Below, one piece after another: positions 37,054 through 48,803 of a DNA stretch of 64,000 nt; positions within the stretch are counted from its first letter, which is position 1; each line of letters opens with the position of its first letter. The stretch is from Rhizodiscina lignyota (taxonomy: Eukaryota). The DNA is taken from positions 186,001 to 250,000 of the forward strand of contig ML978136.1 of assembly GCA_010015805.1 (NCBI GenBank). The letters run 5' to 3'. The translations under genes and the position numbers were made by a program. The notes beneath the pieces were generated by a model that was not told the origin of the DNA, ran no database searches, and saw only the letters and a program-made list of their open reading frames with translations.

Positions 37054-39252
37054 TCATAATTCTACTTGTTCCGCGTCTCTACCCTTCATGACCTTGCGCA
37101 GTCTCCATTCCATCATCCATTCCTTCACAAACTGCCTCTCCTTCCTCTGGGTATCTGAGATTGGCTTAGGCGGTAAATCTGGCTTCGTTTCGTTGGGGAA
37201 GAGGCCGTTTTCATCCCCTATGAGTGAGCAAGTTAGCGTATCATTCTAAGGGTGCAATGATTTCGATTGTTAGAAAATCGAATGTACAGCAAGCGGGAAA
37301 AAGAGCGAAAGTTAAACTGCCGCTGGATAACAAATATGCGGCGCAGAAGGTACTTGGCGCGTGGCGGTTGCCGTGAGATCAAGGTGTGTCCTCTGCTCTT
37401 GTGCCACTGTTCCGCGAAATTTGATTTCTTCTGAGTGAAATAATCTTCCGCTCTTGCGAGACCCTTGGCCCAGTGTCGATTCGAGCTTCAAGGAAGTGCC
37501 TTCCACGGGTGGTCGTTGATACCCCGTAGGCGCGTCTACACATGGCGGAGTGAAAATGAAAATTCTACTCACAGTGATGCACTGCACCCTCCATTTCAAT
37601 AAAAGGTTCTTCGAAAGAGCTGTTCCGCTTCGGCGCCACTTCCGCGTGCGGCGTAGCCTCTCTCCACGGATCCGCCTGGCCATCAATGAACGCAAGTCGT
37701 GGATAGCTGATGCCGAATCCACCGTACTTGTTGATCGTATCAACGTTAGATGTACGATTGATTCCGAACGCCGCCTCGCAAATATATGAGAAATACGGAA
37801 TGTCAAGAGTTCGTGAAATAATCGGTTGCCCGTCTTCTGGGTAGCCGGAGCCCGTTAGTAGATACCCCCATTCATCGCAATACTGGTAAGCCCAGCTACG
37901 CCACACCCATTGCGACAAGTCGTCTTGGGAGTAGAATGTCGCGTTAAGGTTGCTGAAACAACTGTCCTGCGAATCTGTGCAGCCATCGACCGAATTCGTT
38001 TTGATATATCCGATGTAATTGAGCATCCGATTGACCAACGTGGAATTAGATCCGTAGTCATCAAATCCCCCGACAGATAAGATATTCTGGACAGTTTGCG
38101 CGAGACTTGAGCTTGTGTTTGGATAGATGAGGGAGTCCGATGTCACGTTTCCGCAATACTGGTCAAAACTTGGATTGTTAACAGCAGGGTCCCAGTTACG
38201 ACTTTGCCATCCCATCACTCCACTCGATAAAAGGTACGCGAAGTCTTGATTGTGCGTGAGATTTTGAAGTCCGAAAGCAGATTTCAGTTCCGCTATGGCG
38301 CTTGATCTGTCTCCTAAGAGGATGTTGTCAATGGTGCTAATAAACGTCTGCGTCGTCTTGATGCAATCTTGCGGTCCGTGTTCAATGATAGGAACGTAGT
38401 ATTCCCAGTAGTCGTAGATGGCTTCAGTCACGCCAGAGGATGATATCGCGCCGTAGAACACATCAGGGTACTGCGTTCGTAGAAAGGCAACGAAAGCTCC
38501 AGCATAGCTACCTCCGTATGCTATCCAAGCGGCGTCAGGGGCGTTCAACGTGCAGTTTTCCAGCCCCGGAAATTTGACGTTCTTTGCAAAATACGCGACA
38601 TCCGCCAATGCTTGCTCGGTTGTCAAAAATCGCAGGTTTTCCGTGCTCAAGTCCTCCGTCGGGAGGCTTGTCCCATAGTATCGATGTTCCAGAACCACTC
38701 CTAATCCATGTGTCGCTTTTGCCAATTGATATAGAATTCCCTTCTGCAGGAAAGGTAGCCGATCGTCGCCACCAGTCTCACCTCCTTCCAGCACGATCAC
38801 TGGACCTCCTGTTCTGTAGTGTGTAGCGTCGAACCAGTATCTTAGGTTAAACGTCTCGGAGGTATGTGATGCATAGCGGCTTTCGTTGTGGAAGTGGTCG
38901 ATTGGCACGGACAAGTTGTAGGCTGGGTATAAAAGCGAAGGATCGGTATCGTCGCGCTGTGCTACGCCCAAACGGCGAGTCTGGTCATCCGCAACCTGCG
39001 CATATGTTAGAGATTGCATCTCAGTAATATTGCTAAGCATTTAGTCCGCTGCCAAGTTACGAATTCATATGTTAACCCATGCAGATTAATGTCGGCGCGG
39101 TGGGATTTCGACATTGCAAATGCAGCCGTTACGAAGCAATCAACAGGTGTTGTACTAACCTTTCTCCTGAGCTCGTGGATTGACCTATGCGCCGTGAGTG
39201 CAACAGCAGTATTGAGAAGCCATAAAAAGATGGCCACGCTACGAAATGGCAT
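37054..39252 (-). CDS. Secreted serine carboxypeptidase family S28; exons 39160-39252, 37573-38995, 37054-37217
   Basis: Signal peptide; PIDHF, LEHRYYG.S, L.TEQALAD.A.F, GGSYAG nucleophile motif, W.YQYC.EWG, DPW; splicing restores HHWDENG. Confidence 0.93.
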
Positions 39253-39997
39253 ATTGGAAGCTTCTGGTGAGCAAGCTACAAGTAGTGTGAGAGAGAAGGA
39301 CTTGTATGTAACTACTTGGCCTGCTATGAGGTACCCGGTTTGTGATACCGTTGGATGTGGAACCACAGTCCTACACACGACACGATCGCATGGCTGTTAG
39401 AACTCCGAACGAATCATTCCGGGAGAAAAGAGATCGGGAGAAAATGCGCTGCCGAAGGTTTGGAGATATCGGAATCGGGGATGATGAAGCCTGAAGGAGA
39501 GCTAAACGAGCTGCCTGAATCGGAAAGTCCCATGTGCGGAGCTCGATAAAGGTCGAAATGACCGAACAAGTTTTACTCTTCAAGATGAGCGATAGCATTG
39601 CTGAAAGCTTGATTTGATATACTTTGGCTAGTGTTTCTTGAAACCACACAGCTTGAACGAGTATTGTCCGTCTTAACCAAAGAGACTGTGTTTTCATGCC
39701 CGTCGGTATGTTCAAGCTGTGGCATAAAGATTTTATCACTCTCTTCTACTTAAGCGGGGGTATCTCTGGAGGCCCAGTATAATATACATCAGCCAGTTTT
39801 TAACCAGTTTGTGCGGCTTCGACGAACATATTCCATACTGGCTAAAGAGCCTCTACATCGGAGCGCTTCAATGCGTTGAAGCTTCGGCGTAACTTTTCGT
39901 TCACGCTCGCGTGTGCTTCCACATTCGGCTTAGAGTCGATCATATCGCTAAGTGCAAGTGCTATCCGCTCGGACTTCAATTCATTCTCTACCTTATA

Positions 39998-41047
39998 TCA
40001 CTTGCTCCCGTCTACATACACGACATCCAAGTTACAGCGTACCCTCTTGGTGTTGGAAAAGTCGAAACGCACCTTTTTATGGACCCTGTTAAGGTCAAAG
40101 CGCACCCTTCGACAACCTTTGACTCCCTCCGCAGAGCCTTCGTTGTCGGAATCAGTCTTCGATGATTCCATAGCACCGCCGTCTTCAATGGATCCGATCC
40201 AGTCGCGCGAGCCTTTCACCTTGGATATCTCCGATATCCTCTTCATAGGCTTCGCGGGAAACCAGTCCTCATCCTCCCCAGTAAAAAAGACTACGTCGGC
40301 ATTCACAAGAGCATGCCACAGCTTCTGGGCCCCGTGCCTTCGTACAGACGCAAAGGATTTACCAAACACCTTGCAACGAACAATATCTCGCCAGTGAGAT
40401 TTGATAATTGATGCCGCATCAGTCCATGGGTATCCTAGCATGGCGTCGTCCTTTACACGGATGCACAACACATACGCGTTGTGATCATAATACCCGTTAC
40501 GAGTAAGAGCTCGCTTGATGCTGAGTGCCTCCGGCGAAGGGTATGGCCAATCGCGTTTGGGCTGTTGGTAGGCTAGGAGTTCGCGGACGACACGTAAAAC
40601 GCGTCCCGATACCTCATCCCATACCCGTGTAATTGGGTGTGTAGTGCCAAAGTGCGTGCTCCACTCGGTCAACTCGGGCGGATACTTCTTGTCAATCAAC
40701 CGGCGCAGGTAGTGGGAACTGAGCGCGTAACGATCTGGTCTAGTTACGCCTGGTTTTGGTATTTCTGTAGCGGTAATCGAGGAGACCCTGGAAGTCTGGA
40801 GTTCTCTGTATCCAGAAAGACTACTCGGCCGCTTCTTTAAGTACTCTATAGGTAAGAGATTGATGTCGTGTGTTTCCCCATTTCCCATCATCTGTGTCCC
40901 CTCAGACTGCTCACTACTTAGCTGGGCCGTTTCCATACTGTCCGTTTCTGAAATGTGCGTTTCGATGCTGGGAATTTCAGCTGTACGCTCGTGAGTTGAG
41001 CTTGGTTCTATGGATGTCGATGAAGTTTCTTTGGTTATCGGATCCAT
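39998..41047 (-). CDS. Hypothetical protein (about 349 aa) with a Ser/Thr/Glu-rich N-terminus and tandem RVxF-like motifs at the C-terminus
   Basis: Uninterrupted ORF of more than 1 kb with an ATG at 41047; no family recognised with confidence. Confidence 0.6.
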   Translation of the reverse strand: MDPITKETSSTSIEPSSTHERTAEIPSIETHISETDSMETAQLSSEQSEGTQMMGNGETHDINLLPIEYLKKRPSSLSGYRELQTSRVSSITATEIPKPGVTRPDRYALSSHYLRRLIDKKYPPELTEWSTHFGTTHPITRVWDEVSGRVLRVVRELLAYQQPKRDWPYPSPEALSIKRALTRNGYYDHNAYVLCIRVKDDAMLGYPWTDAASIIKSHWRDIVRCKVFGKSFASVRRHGAQKLWHALVNADVVFFTGEDEDWFPAKPMKRISEISKVKGSRDWIGSIEDGGAMESSKTDSDNEGSAEGVKGCRRVRFDLNRVHKKVRFDFSNTKRVRCNLDVVYVDGSK

Positions 41048-43294
41048 CACGAGCAGTTTTGATTCAAGATGATGATGTGCGATGATTGACGCTTGCAGGT
41101 TCAATGGAAGTGCTTTCGAGAAGTGGTAAGACAATTTCAGACAATTTCTCGTTGGAAAAGGTTCTACTGTCGTTCAGGTGTCTCGAGGATACCTTATATA
41201 CTCTGTATGGTTTCAATGGCTAACCCCCTCAACCCCTCAATGCATAATACTTTTAACGGCTTAAAGATCTGTCCAATCATACGGCCCGACCGATAAGAGT
41301 CTCGTCTATTCGGCCACAAGTATTTCGACCATTGGAAATATCCCTGGAAATAGCGGAGATACGACTGAAAGAACTCTCGTATGTCCTCGATACGTCTTTT
41401 CATTTCTTCTGCCCACAATGTGTTGTACAATCACGACTCGATAGTAGGATATTCATCAACACTAACATAACACCAGCATCTTCCATTAATATTCATTCTA
41501 TCAATCTCTTCCTTATACTAACAAATGACTCCCACCAAGCATACCGTTCGACACAACAGTACACCTGTACAAAGAACCGCTCTTCAGCTCCACAAAGAAA
41601 GGTTATCCGCCAAAGGAGTGCGGTCGTATCAAGATCAATGGCATCAGTACCGTCAGCAACATCTAGCCAGAAAATAAATCGCATTAGTCCTTCCTCGAGA
41701 TTGAAACCACGAATCTTTACTACTATATGAATCAGAATACGTAGAGAGCTCCAAGAGTATGCGCGCAGTAGTATTGTGCTTGGCGACTCTCGTATAACGG
41801 CGCGGATGGTGGGCAAACCAGGCCAATTCAAGTTGGTCGTCGGACCCCCGTTAAGAGAAGGGCAAGAACGCTCACTGAAAACGAAGATGGATTACGCCGC
41901 GAAACTGTTGCAGGGCTGGTGGCGCATGGAACCTGTGAACAAATGGGCAAACAAGAGCATACCTCGCAAGGCCCTGGTTATTAGGGAGCTAGGTGCGGGC
42001 ACTGGGAGTGTGGAGGCTTTGTTTTGTTGTTTGCCAGGATTGGTCGAACCTACCCCCCCAAAGGTATGAAGAAGAGCCACAATAGAGGCTGGGGAATATG
42101 GTGTACGATGCGCTCGAATATGCACGAAAGCGAGACAAGACCAATTGGCAACTCTCGACCATTCCCGAGGAGCCGATGGAAGACTCGGAGATGAGCATGG
42201 GAGAGCTGGTGGATGCTCTCGCAGAAGTGAAATGTAGGCTGGACATGTCAGAGCTGCATGATGCGCTTCCATCTACACAGTAGTCGTGCAAAGTCCGAAT
42301 AGAATGCAATTTGGCTTTCGCATCGTAGGACCGGTGAGCAGAGTGTCCATATCCATTATCTTGCAAGGGTTCTCCTGTTACACTGTCAACCCCTGCGAGT
42401 AATGTGCTATTCCTTGGATAATGTGCTGCACCGTTGGTAAAATGCCTTGTGTAGCCATATGATAAAATTTGTTAATTCGCACGCAGTTTCGTCCATAGGA
42501 AACAGCAGCTTCACAGGAGATATGGGTATTTGGATGCTGTCGGTCAGGGAATCCACGTACTAAGCTTCATCCACTTCCGCTCACTTGCACCGGTGCTTAG
42601 AATAGGGAGCTCTCGAACTGAAGATTGATTCTCAAACGAAGCGGGGTCCCAAAGAAGCTCAGCCAACATTCAACCAAATTAAGTTTCTCCTTGGTGTCCC
42701 GCCTAGCTTACAGAGGGTGGGTTAGACAAAGTATTTTATTTTCTCAAGTTCGCGCAAGTCGTATGAGCGGACTCGATGTACCCTCAAATGCATCCTCCAC
42801 GCACATGTGAAGCTACATCTTCGACCCAATCATTTCAACAGTTAAGTGCCTCCGTATACCGTTCGTACCAATGAAAGACCGGGGATCACTTGGTAGCACT
42901 AACCTAGATTTTCGCAAGTTGGCACATGCTAAACAGTCTAATTCCGGTGGCTGTCAAGTACTTGCTTACCTTTCTTGCCGCAGTGAAAGAATTGACGCCG
43001 GGACCAAGAACTACCCATTCCCACATGCATGGGATGTTCAGCGAAGACGCGGCATTGTATATGAATTGCACAGAACGACAGGAGCTGTTGTGGGCTGGCC
43101 AGCATGTGAAACTTCCCCACGCGTACCTCCCTTGATGAGGAGTACATCAACTCTGGCCAGAATAGCTATCCCCAGCTACTTTACAATAATACAGCAAACT
43201 CCGTACATCATCAGGTTTCTCTTCTCACATTACAGTTCAACGAATTGCAGACACAGATACTATTTCGTCTTCCGCTCTTCAATCACTATCTACA

Positions 43295-44608
43295 ATGACT
43301 TCTCTGTCCCACAAACGACGTCTTTCAATTGAAGACTCCTCTGCTACCAAAGTTCCAAGGGAGGAGCACCAACTCCCTGGCTTGCTTCGATTACCGCTCG
43401 AGCTACGACTCCAAATTTACGGCTACCTCTTGCCCGACGTACCGGTAATCCCTGTAGACAGCGAAATTGAGTATGCACCGTGTCGTCCACATATACTTCC
43501 CATCCAATCAATCCAACCCCGCCGGCCAGGACACTATGAGAAAATTGCTACAAGGAAAGATAGGGCAAAATGCAGCACTTCTGTTATGCGCATAAACAAA
43601 CGAATCCATCAGGAGACTAGCGACTTTCTGGATCGCACTCTTGTGATTGAGATTGAGGTGTCTAGCGACGGTATAAAATATTTGAAATCGGGGAGGGTCA
43701 GATGTATCCATAGTTCCAGCTCAAGGGACAAGTTGGAGAAGACAATTCGAAGATATCACAAATTCTACATAACTCTTTTTCCGTTACCGAAGCCAGATCC
43801 CGAAGCCGGTCTACGTTGCGAAACACGGGAGTTCAAAGAGTACCTCAACTGGATCTGCAATTGCTTGAAGTTTGAAGCCCAGCCAAAGCAAATTACCGTC
43901 AGTTACCGCGACAGGCATTGGCCGCTTAATCAGATGGAGGAGTGTCTCAAATGGCATTTGAGGCCTTTCAGTAACATTCGGGGTCTGGCAGCAGCCGAAA
44001 TCATTCACAGACCTATATACGAGCGGACACAGCAATACATCGAAAGGGACGACTACAGTCCCCAAATGTATCAATTCATTACGAGGAGGAGGGTGTATGA
44101 CAGTTATTCTAGCTATAATCAGCAGCACCATGTTCCGGACGAAGTCGCTTCAAGCTTCGAGCGCGAACGACAAGAGAAGGAGTGCGAGCGACAAAAGCAG
44201 AAAGACAGGCTACACCGGGTGATGGAAAATATGGCAGCTGAGATGCGCGGTAACTCTGCACTACGAGAACTGGAGTCGCTGGTAATTCCCTGGCGATGTC
44301 TGTGCAAATGGCTCCGCAGCACTACACTTCAGAACTGGGACAGCGGCGCGCTTGGAACGAAGATTCAATCTACCTTGGTGAAGGCATGGGATGCATATGA
44401 TGAGGGCGAAATCGAACTCTTTGCTAGGTCGGTGAAGAGTCTTGAAGGCTGCTTCGATAAGATACAGCGGTACTGGAAGTCCAAATTAGCGGATGTGGAA
44501 ACATACGTGGATTGCTCTCGAGATGACTTTGAGTCAATGTTTGAAGACAACCCCGACATGAAGCTCCGAAGTCCTGATCATGAAAGGACGCGGAATGGGA
44601 AAATTTAA
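43295..44608 (+). CDS. F-box-like (LPxELRxxIY-type) protein, tandem copy 1, intact
   Basis: HKRR basic N-terminus, PGLLRLPLELRLQIYGYLLPD, TSVMRINK.I..E, WHLRPF.NIRGL, AW.AYDEG. Confidence 0.8.
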   Translation: MTSLSHKRRLSIEDSSATKVPREEHQLPGLLRLPLELRLQIYGYLLPDVPVIPVDSEIEYAPCRPHILPIQSIQPRRPGHYEKIATRKDRAKCSTSVMRINKRIHQETSDFLDRTLVIEIEVSSDGIKYLKSGRVRCIHSSSSRDKLEKTIRRYHKFYITLFPLPKPDPEAGLRCETREFKEYLNWICNCLKFEAQPKQITVSYRDRHWPLNQMEECLKWHLRPFSNIRGLAAAEIIHRPIYERTQQYIERDDYSPQMYQFITRRRVYDSYSSYNQQHHVPDEVASSFERERQEKECERQKQKDRLHRVMENMAAEMRGNSALRELESLVIPWRCLCKWLRSTTLQNWDSGALGTKIQSTLVKAWDAYDEGEIELFARSVKSLEGCFDKIQRYWKSKLADVETYVDCSRDDFESMFEDNPDMKLRSPDHERTRNGKI

Positions 44609-45130
44609 CGCAGGAAGAAACCAGGGCAATCTCCCAACAGAAAGGGTGTGTTATCTTGTTAGTTATGCTTCGTTTGTAGACATTTGATCTATCCGGACGG
44701 TACAAAATATGACAGGCTTCTTCATTGCGCATAGCAATGCTCTTGCTTTTCCTTCTCTTTCTGGGGAGCACTATCGTCTGATTTAGTGGGAGAAGCGTTA
44801 TTGTTGCAATACAACTTCCACACCAAGTTTGATTTGCGTGACGATGAAATTTGCGGAGCTTCTACGAAGTACAGAGCTCCTCGACAGGGGCTTGCAGCTC
44901 GTACTATCCTAGGTGCCCTACGTACCGGGGATCAGCCCGACGTTAGGGACGCACAACACGCTACCTAGGCACCTGGGGCTAGGCCACAAGGGCGCCAGGG
45001 GCACATAACAAGGGTTAGAAGTTAGGGCGCTAAGAATCCTCTGACGCGTAGCGCGAAGAGTCGAGACGCGTTGAACAATCTTTAACTTTCGCAGCTTGCT
45101 TGACGGCTTGATACTACAACTTCTGAAGTA

Positions 45131-46497
45131 ATGGCCCCTCACTCACGCAAGCGTCATTCATCGTCCAGTCGTCGATCCAATACAAAGCGACCCAAGCACG
45201 AACAGACGCTTCCTGGCTTTCTTCGTCTCCCTGTTGAGCTTCGGCTTCAGATATACTCCTATCTACTTCCAGACGTCCCTATCATTCCTGCTCGAGACGA
45301 CTCTAACTTTATCCCATTTCGACCGGACATATCTCCGAAGAAATGGCTTGTCCGCCCTGCTGTCTGGCTTGATCGTTTCTCTAAACTTGCGCTGAGGGAC
45401 GATTACCAGGCGTGCCATACCTCTATCATGCGAGTAAACAAGCAGATCTGCATGGAGGCACGCGATGAGTTATGCGGTAAAACTGCAGTTGAGGTAGAGG
45501 TGAACGAGGAGGCGGTATACTTCCTACGGAACAAGTCGTTGGACCACAGAAGCGCATTCATGGACGGTAAAAAGGGCAAAGAGCTATTTGATTGTCTTGA
45601 GAGGTTTAGGCATTTGTACATCACCGTTCTGCCTCAAGCGAAACCTGGCCACGACTTCCTTCAACACAGATTAGAAATATCGAGTGGTGCTCGAAAATTT
45701 AAAGACATCTTGAACTGGATTGCGTGGGAATTGAAAGGTCACGAAGGGGGAGAGGTGCCCAAGCGAGTCACCATCAGTTACCGTGATAAAAGTTGGCCAA
45801 TCTTGCAAGCCGAGGAGGGTCTGAAGTGGCACTTAAGACCTTTTGGAGACCTTCGTGGCTTGGGTTATGCGCAGATTCTTCACAAACCAATAGCTCGGCG
45901 GGAATGGAATAACGTGTACGAATATAGATCATACGGAGATCGTTCAGGGGGTATGGACTGGCCAGTGGGCTGGGAGGACCCAGACCGGTTAGACAGCTCA
46001 GACAGCGACTGGAGTGATGGGCAGCAGGAGCATAACGAAGATGAAGAATTCCTGAAAAAGCAAGAAGCCCAGCGGCGAATTAGGCACGCATAGCTCGAAA
46101 GATAGAAAAGCTTGCTTCAGACATGTGTAGCGACGCGCCACCTGGGCCAGAGCCTCTTGTATGTTGCTGGGAGTCCCTCTGTGATTGGACAGAAAGCACT
46201 TCTCTCATTGATCCTCATACTCACGGTGCTCGTTGGCGAGGGGTTGATGGCTTGTTTCTACGCGCCTGGAAGACCTACGATGAGGGTCGAGTGGAAGCGT
46301 TTGCTGAGGCTGCTAAGAATTTACGGTCCTTTCTTCTTGACCTGCAAAAGCTGGGGGAACGAAAATATGGAGAGCTGAAAGAAGGGATAGACTTTGCACG
46401 AGATGACTACAAGATGAACCGCATGGTCAATGGCAGGCAAACTCGAAGCTTGGAAGAATATTTCAACGGAGACGAGGTTTCATCGCAGGGCGACTGA
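45131..46497 (+). pseudogene. F-box-like protein, tandem copy 2, frameshifted near 46084-46093
   Basis: PGFLRLPVELRLQIYSYLLPD...WHLRPFGDLRGL, then TAG at 46091-46093. Homology to copy 1 resumes in another frame (IARKIEKLASDMC...PLVCCW...AWKTYDEG). Confidence 0.7.
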
Positions 46498-46831
46498 ATC
46501 TCATTCAAGATGTCAATCATACTGGAAGGGAGAGATGAAGTTAGGAGTGTACGGAGTTAGGAGGACTACGAATGAGAATTGAATCCATAGAACTACATGT
46601 ATCATTCGAGCAGATTTAGTCATATCGAAGACGTCTCATGCATGCAACATACCACAATTCCTGCCCGTGCACCGTGGGAGTTGCAATTGGCTGGATCGCG
46701 GTAGTTGGCTAATGCCGAATCTGGAAAGGTGGAGCCACTTCGCGTCCTCCACGACGCGTCTCTCCGCACTTGAACATCACCATCACCATTCACGCATCTC
46801 AAGACAATCAATCGTCGGCTCTTTCGCTCCA

Positions 46832-48006
46832 ATGGCTCCTCGATCTCGCAAACGTCGCACCACATCGAATCGTCCATCAAAAGCAAAGCGAACAAAGTAT
46901 GAATTCAAGAAGGCTCCTGGCTTTCTTGATCTGCCAACTGAGCTACGACTTCAGATTTACAGCTACCTCCTCCCTGATACTCCCACAATTCAACCGAAGC
47001 ATTCTCTCAGGGTACATCCGGAGGATTTAGTGGTAGATCCAGAGGAATTAGGGAACGTAGATAGTATGCGCTGGGCAAGGCGTCTGAGGCAGGATCGAAG
47101 TCTATGCGACCTCCAAATCATGCGAGTAAACAAGCTCATCAACACCGAGACTAGTGACATGCTCTACAACTCACTTGCGATGGAGATTGAGATCTCGGAG
47201 ACGGAAATACGCTTCCTTCGAAGTCTCGCTGCTTGGAAGCCACCGCAGCAGCTGCTACTGAGCCAGCTCGACAATGCTCTTCGCCGGTTCAAGAAGCTTG
47301 AAGTGAGGATTGGCTTATGGCCGAAGCAGATGCATTTTTGGGCTCAAGAGCGTTTGCCTTTGTCACAACAGTTACCTTGGGGCCAGTTCACGACTCCGGA
47401 AGATCGTCAGCTAAAGAATCATATCAACTGGATTGCAGACCGACTGACGGGGAGATATTGGAACGCATCTGGCAGCCTCGAAGATATTACCATCCTCTTT
47501 ACTGTCCACAATAAGCCGGCTGTGCGTGCCCTGGCAGATTATATGGAATGGCTCCTTAACCCATTCAGAAACTTGCGGAACCTACGACATGCCAGCGTGT
47601 TACGGATTGAGCTACCGCGTAGTTGTCACGCCATAGGATTAACGAAGCGCCAAAAGGAAGACCAAAAGGTGCTTGCGAAGCGTATTGATAAGATGTACGA
47701 GGGAATCTGCTCGGAAATGTGCACCCACGAGCCAATCCAGGAACCCGGACCATTGGTTAGCCAGTGGCAAAACTTACACGCTTGGCTGGGGAAGACCGAC
47801 TTCAAATCCGAATCCCCCTTATTAGATGAGATCTTACATCCTGCGTGGACAGCATACGATCGAGGGTGCGTGGAAGACTTCGCTGCGGCTGTAGAGAGCA
47901 TTGAACAACCCTTCGAGGAATACTACGAACATTAAAGCGAAGGTTTAGTTTCGTCAGGGCCTCTCTAGGTCTGCCGGCGCCTGTAAAAGTGAAAGTCGAA
48001 CAATGA
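46832..48006 (+). CDS. F-box-like protein, tandem copy 3; ORF ends at 47935, with a probable C-terminal frameshift (homologous tail continues to TGA at 48004-48006)
   Basis: MAPRSRKRR, PGFLDLPTELRLQIYSYLLPD, IMRVNK.I..E, WLLNPFRNLRNL, AWTAYDRG; the shifted frame gives LKRRFSFVRASL, similar to copy 2 LKEGIDFARDDY. Confidence 0.75.
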
Positions 48007-48300
48007 CTTCAGTTCGCTTGTCTGCTTTGCTTTGTGGGTGCTCATTGTCAAAAATCCAGTTTTCTTTGATCTAACTGCATGGAGTTCAATCTCAGCTTGC
48101 AGTTGCTGCAAGACTGATCTCTGAAGCTTTGTGCAATATTTTCGAAGATATGTACCAATCTAGGCGCCGTTTGTAGCACACAGTCCAGCACATGGAAGGA
48201 TTCACTTCACTTTGTGGCGCGATATCTTATCCTGCTTTCTTTTCGGCCAATCATGTTTAACTCAAACCTTTAATTCGAGGACCTGTTCTGTCGACTCTGC

Positions 48301-48803
48301 ATGCAACCATTATGCCCCGCTCAGACCAGGATATATGCTCCGTCCTTACTCGATATCCCCAGTGAATTATGCTTTCAAATCTATGACCACCTCTTTTCCG
48401 GACCCTCAGCCGTATTCGCTCGACCTCCGTCGGTCCCTCGTCCGAATGAGACCCGTGAAAAGTCATCGAACGGCGTCACGGCCATCCTCCGCATCTGGCC
48501 CTGCCGGAGATGAAAGAACCAGTCCGCAGCAGAGCCATACAGCATGCGGTTGCTGAATCATACCTGAAGCCATTATCGAGAATCCGCGGCTTAGGCTACG
48601 TTGAATTCGACATCGACTTTGCAGCACGAGCTTGTAACGAAGGGTGCTGTCACGCTGTGTTCCGAGAGCTAAATATTCAGAGGGAACCGAAGCGCCATAA
48701 CGACATTGTCCAGCACTATCTGACAGATCTCATGTTGCCAAGGCGCGGCGATTCTCCTGTTCCTAACGCAGACAGTAGACAAAATAGCCTTCATGAGCTT
48801 TGA
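48301..48803 (+). pseudogene. F-box-like protein, tandem copy 4, heavily deleted relic
   Basis: PSLLDIPSELCFQIYDHLF, then TAILRI, then after a stop/frameshift YLKPLSRIRGLGY; most of the intervening sequence is missing. Confidence 0.6.

Noticed and set aside
34778..39252. Secondary-metabolite gene cluster around the O-methyltransferase (also considered for the oxygenases, hydrolase and MFS elsewhere in the window)
   Set aside because: No PKS, NRPS, terpene synthase or cluster transcription factor is present, and the tailoring-type genes are scattered among housekeeping genes.
44941..45027. TTAGGG words suggesting a telomeric repeat or telomerase RNA template
   Set aside because: Only two isolated hexamers; no tandem array and no 1.5-repeat template such as TAACCCTAA.
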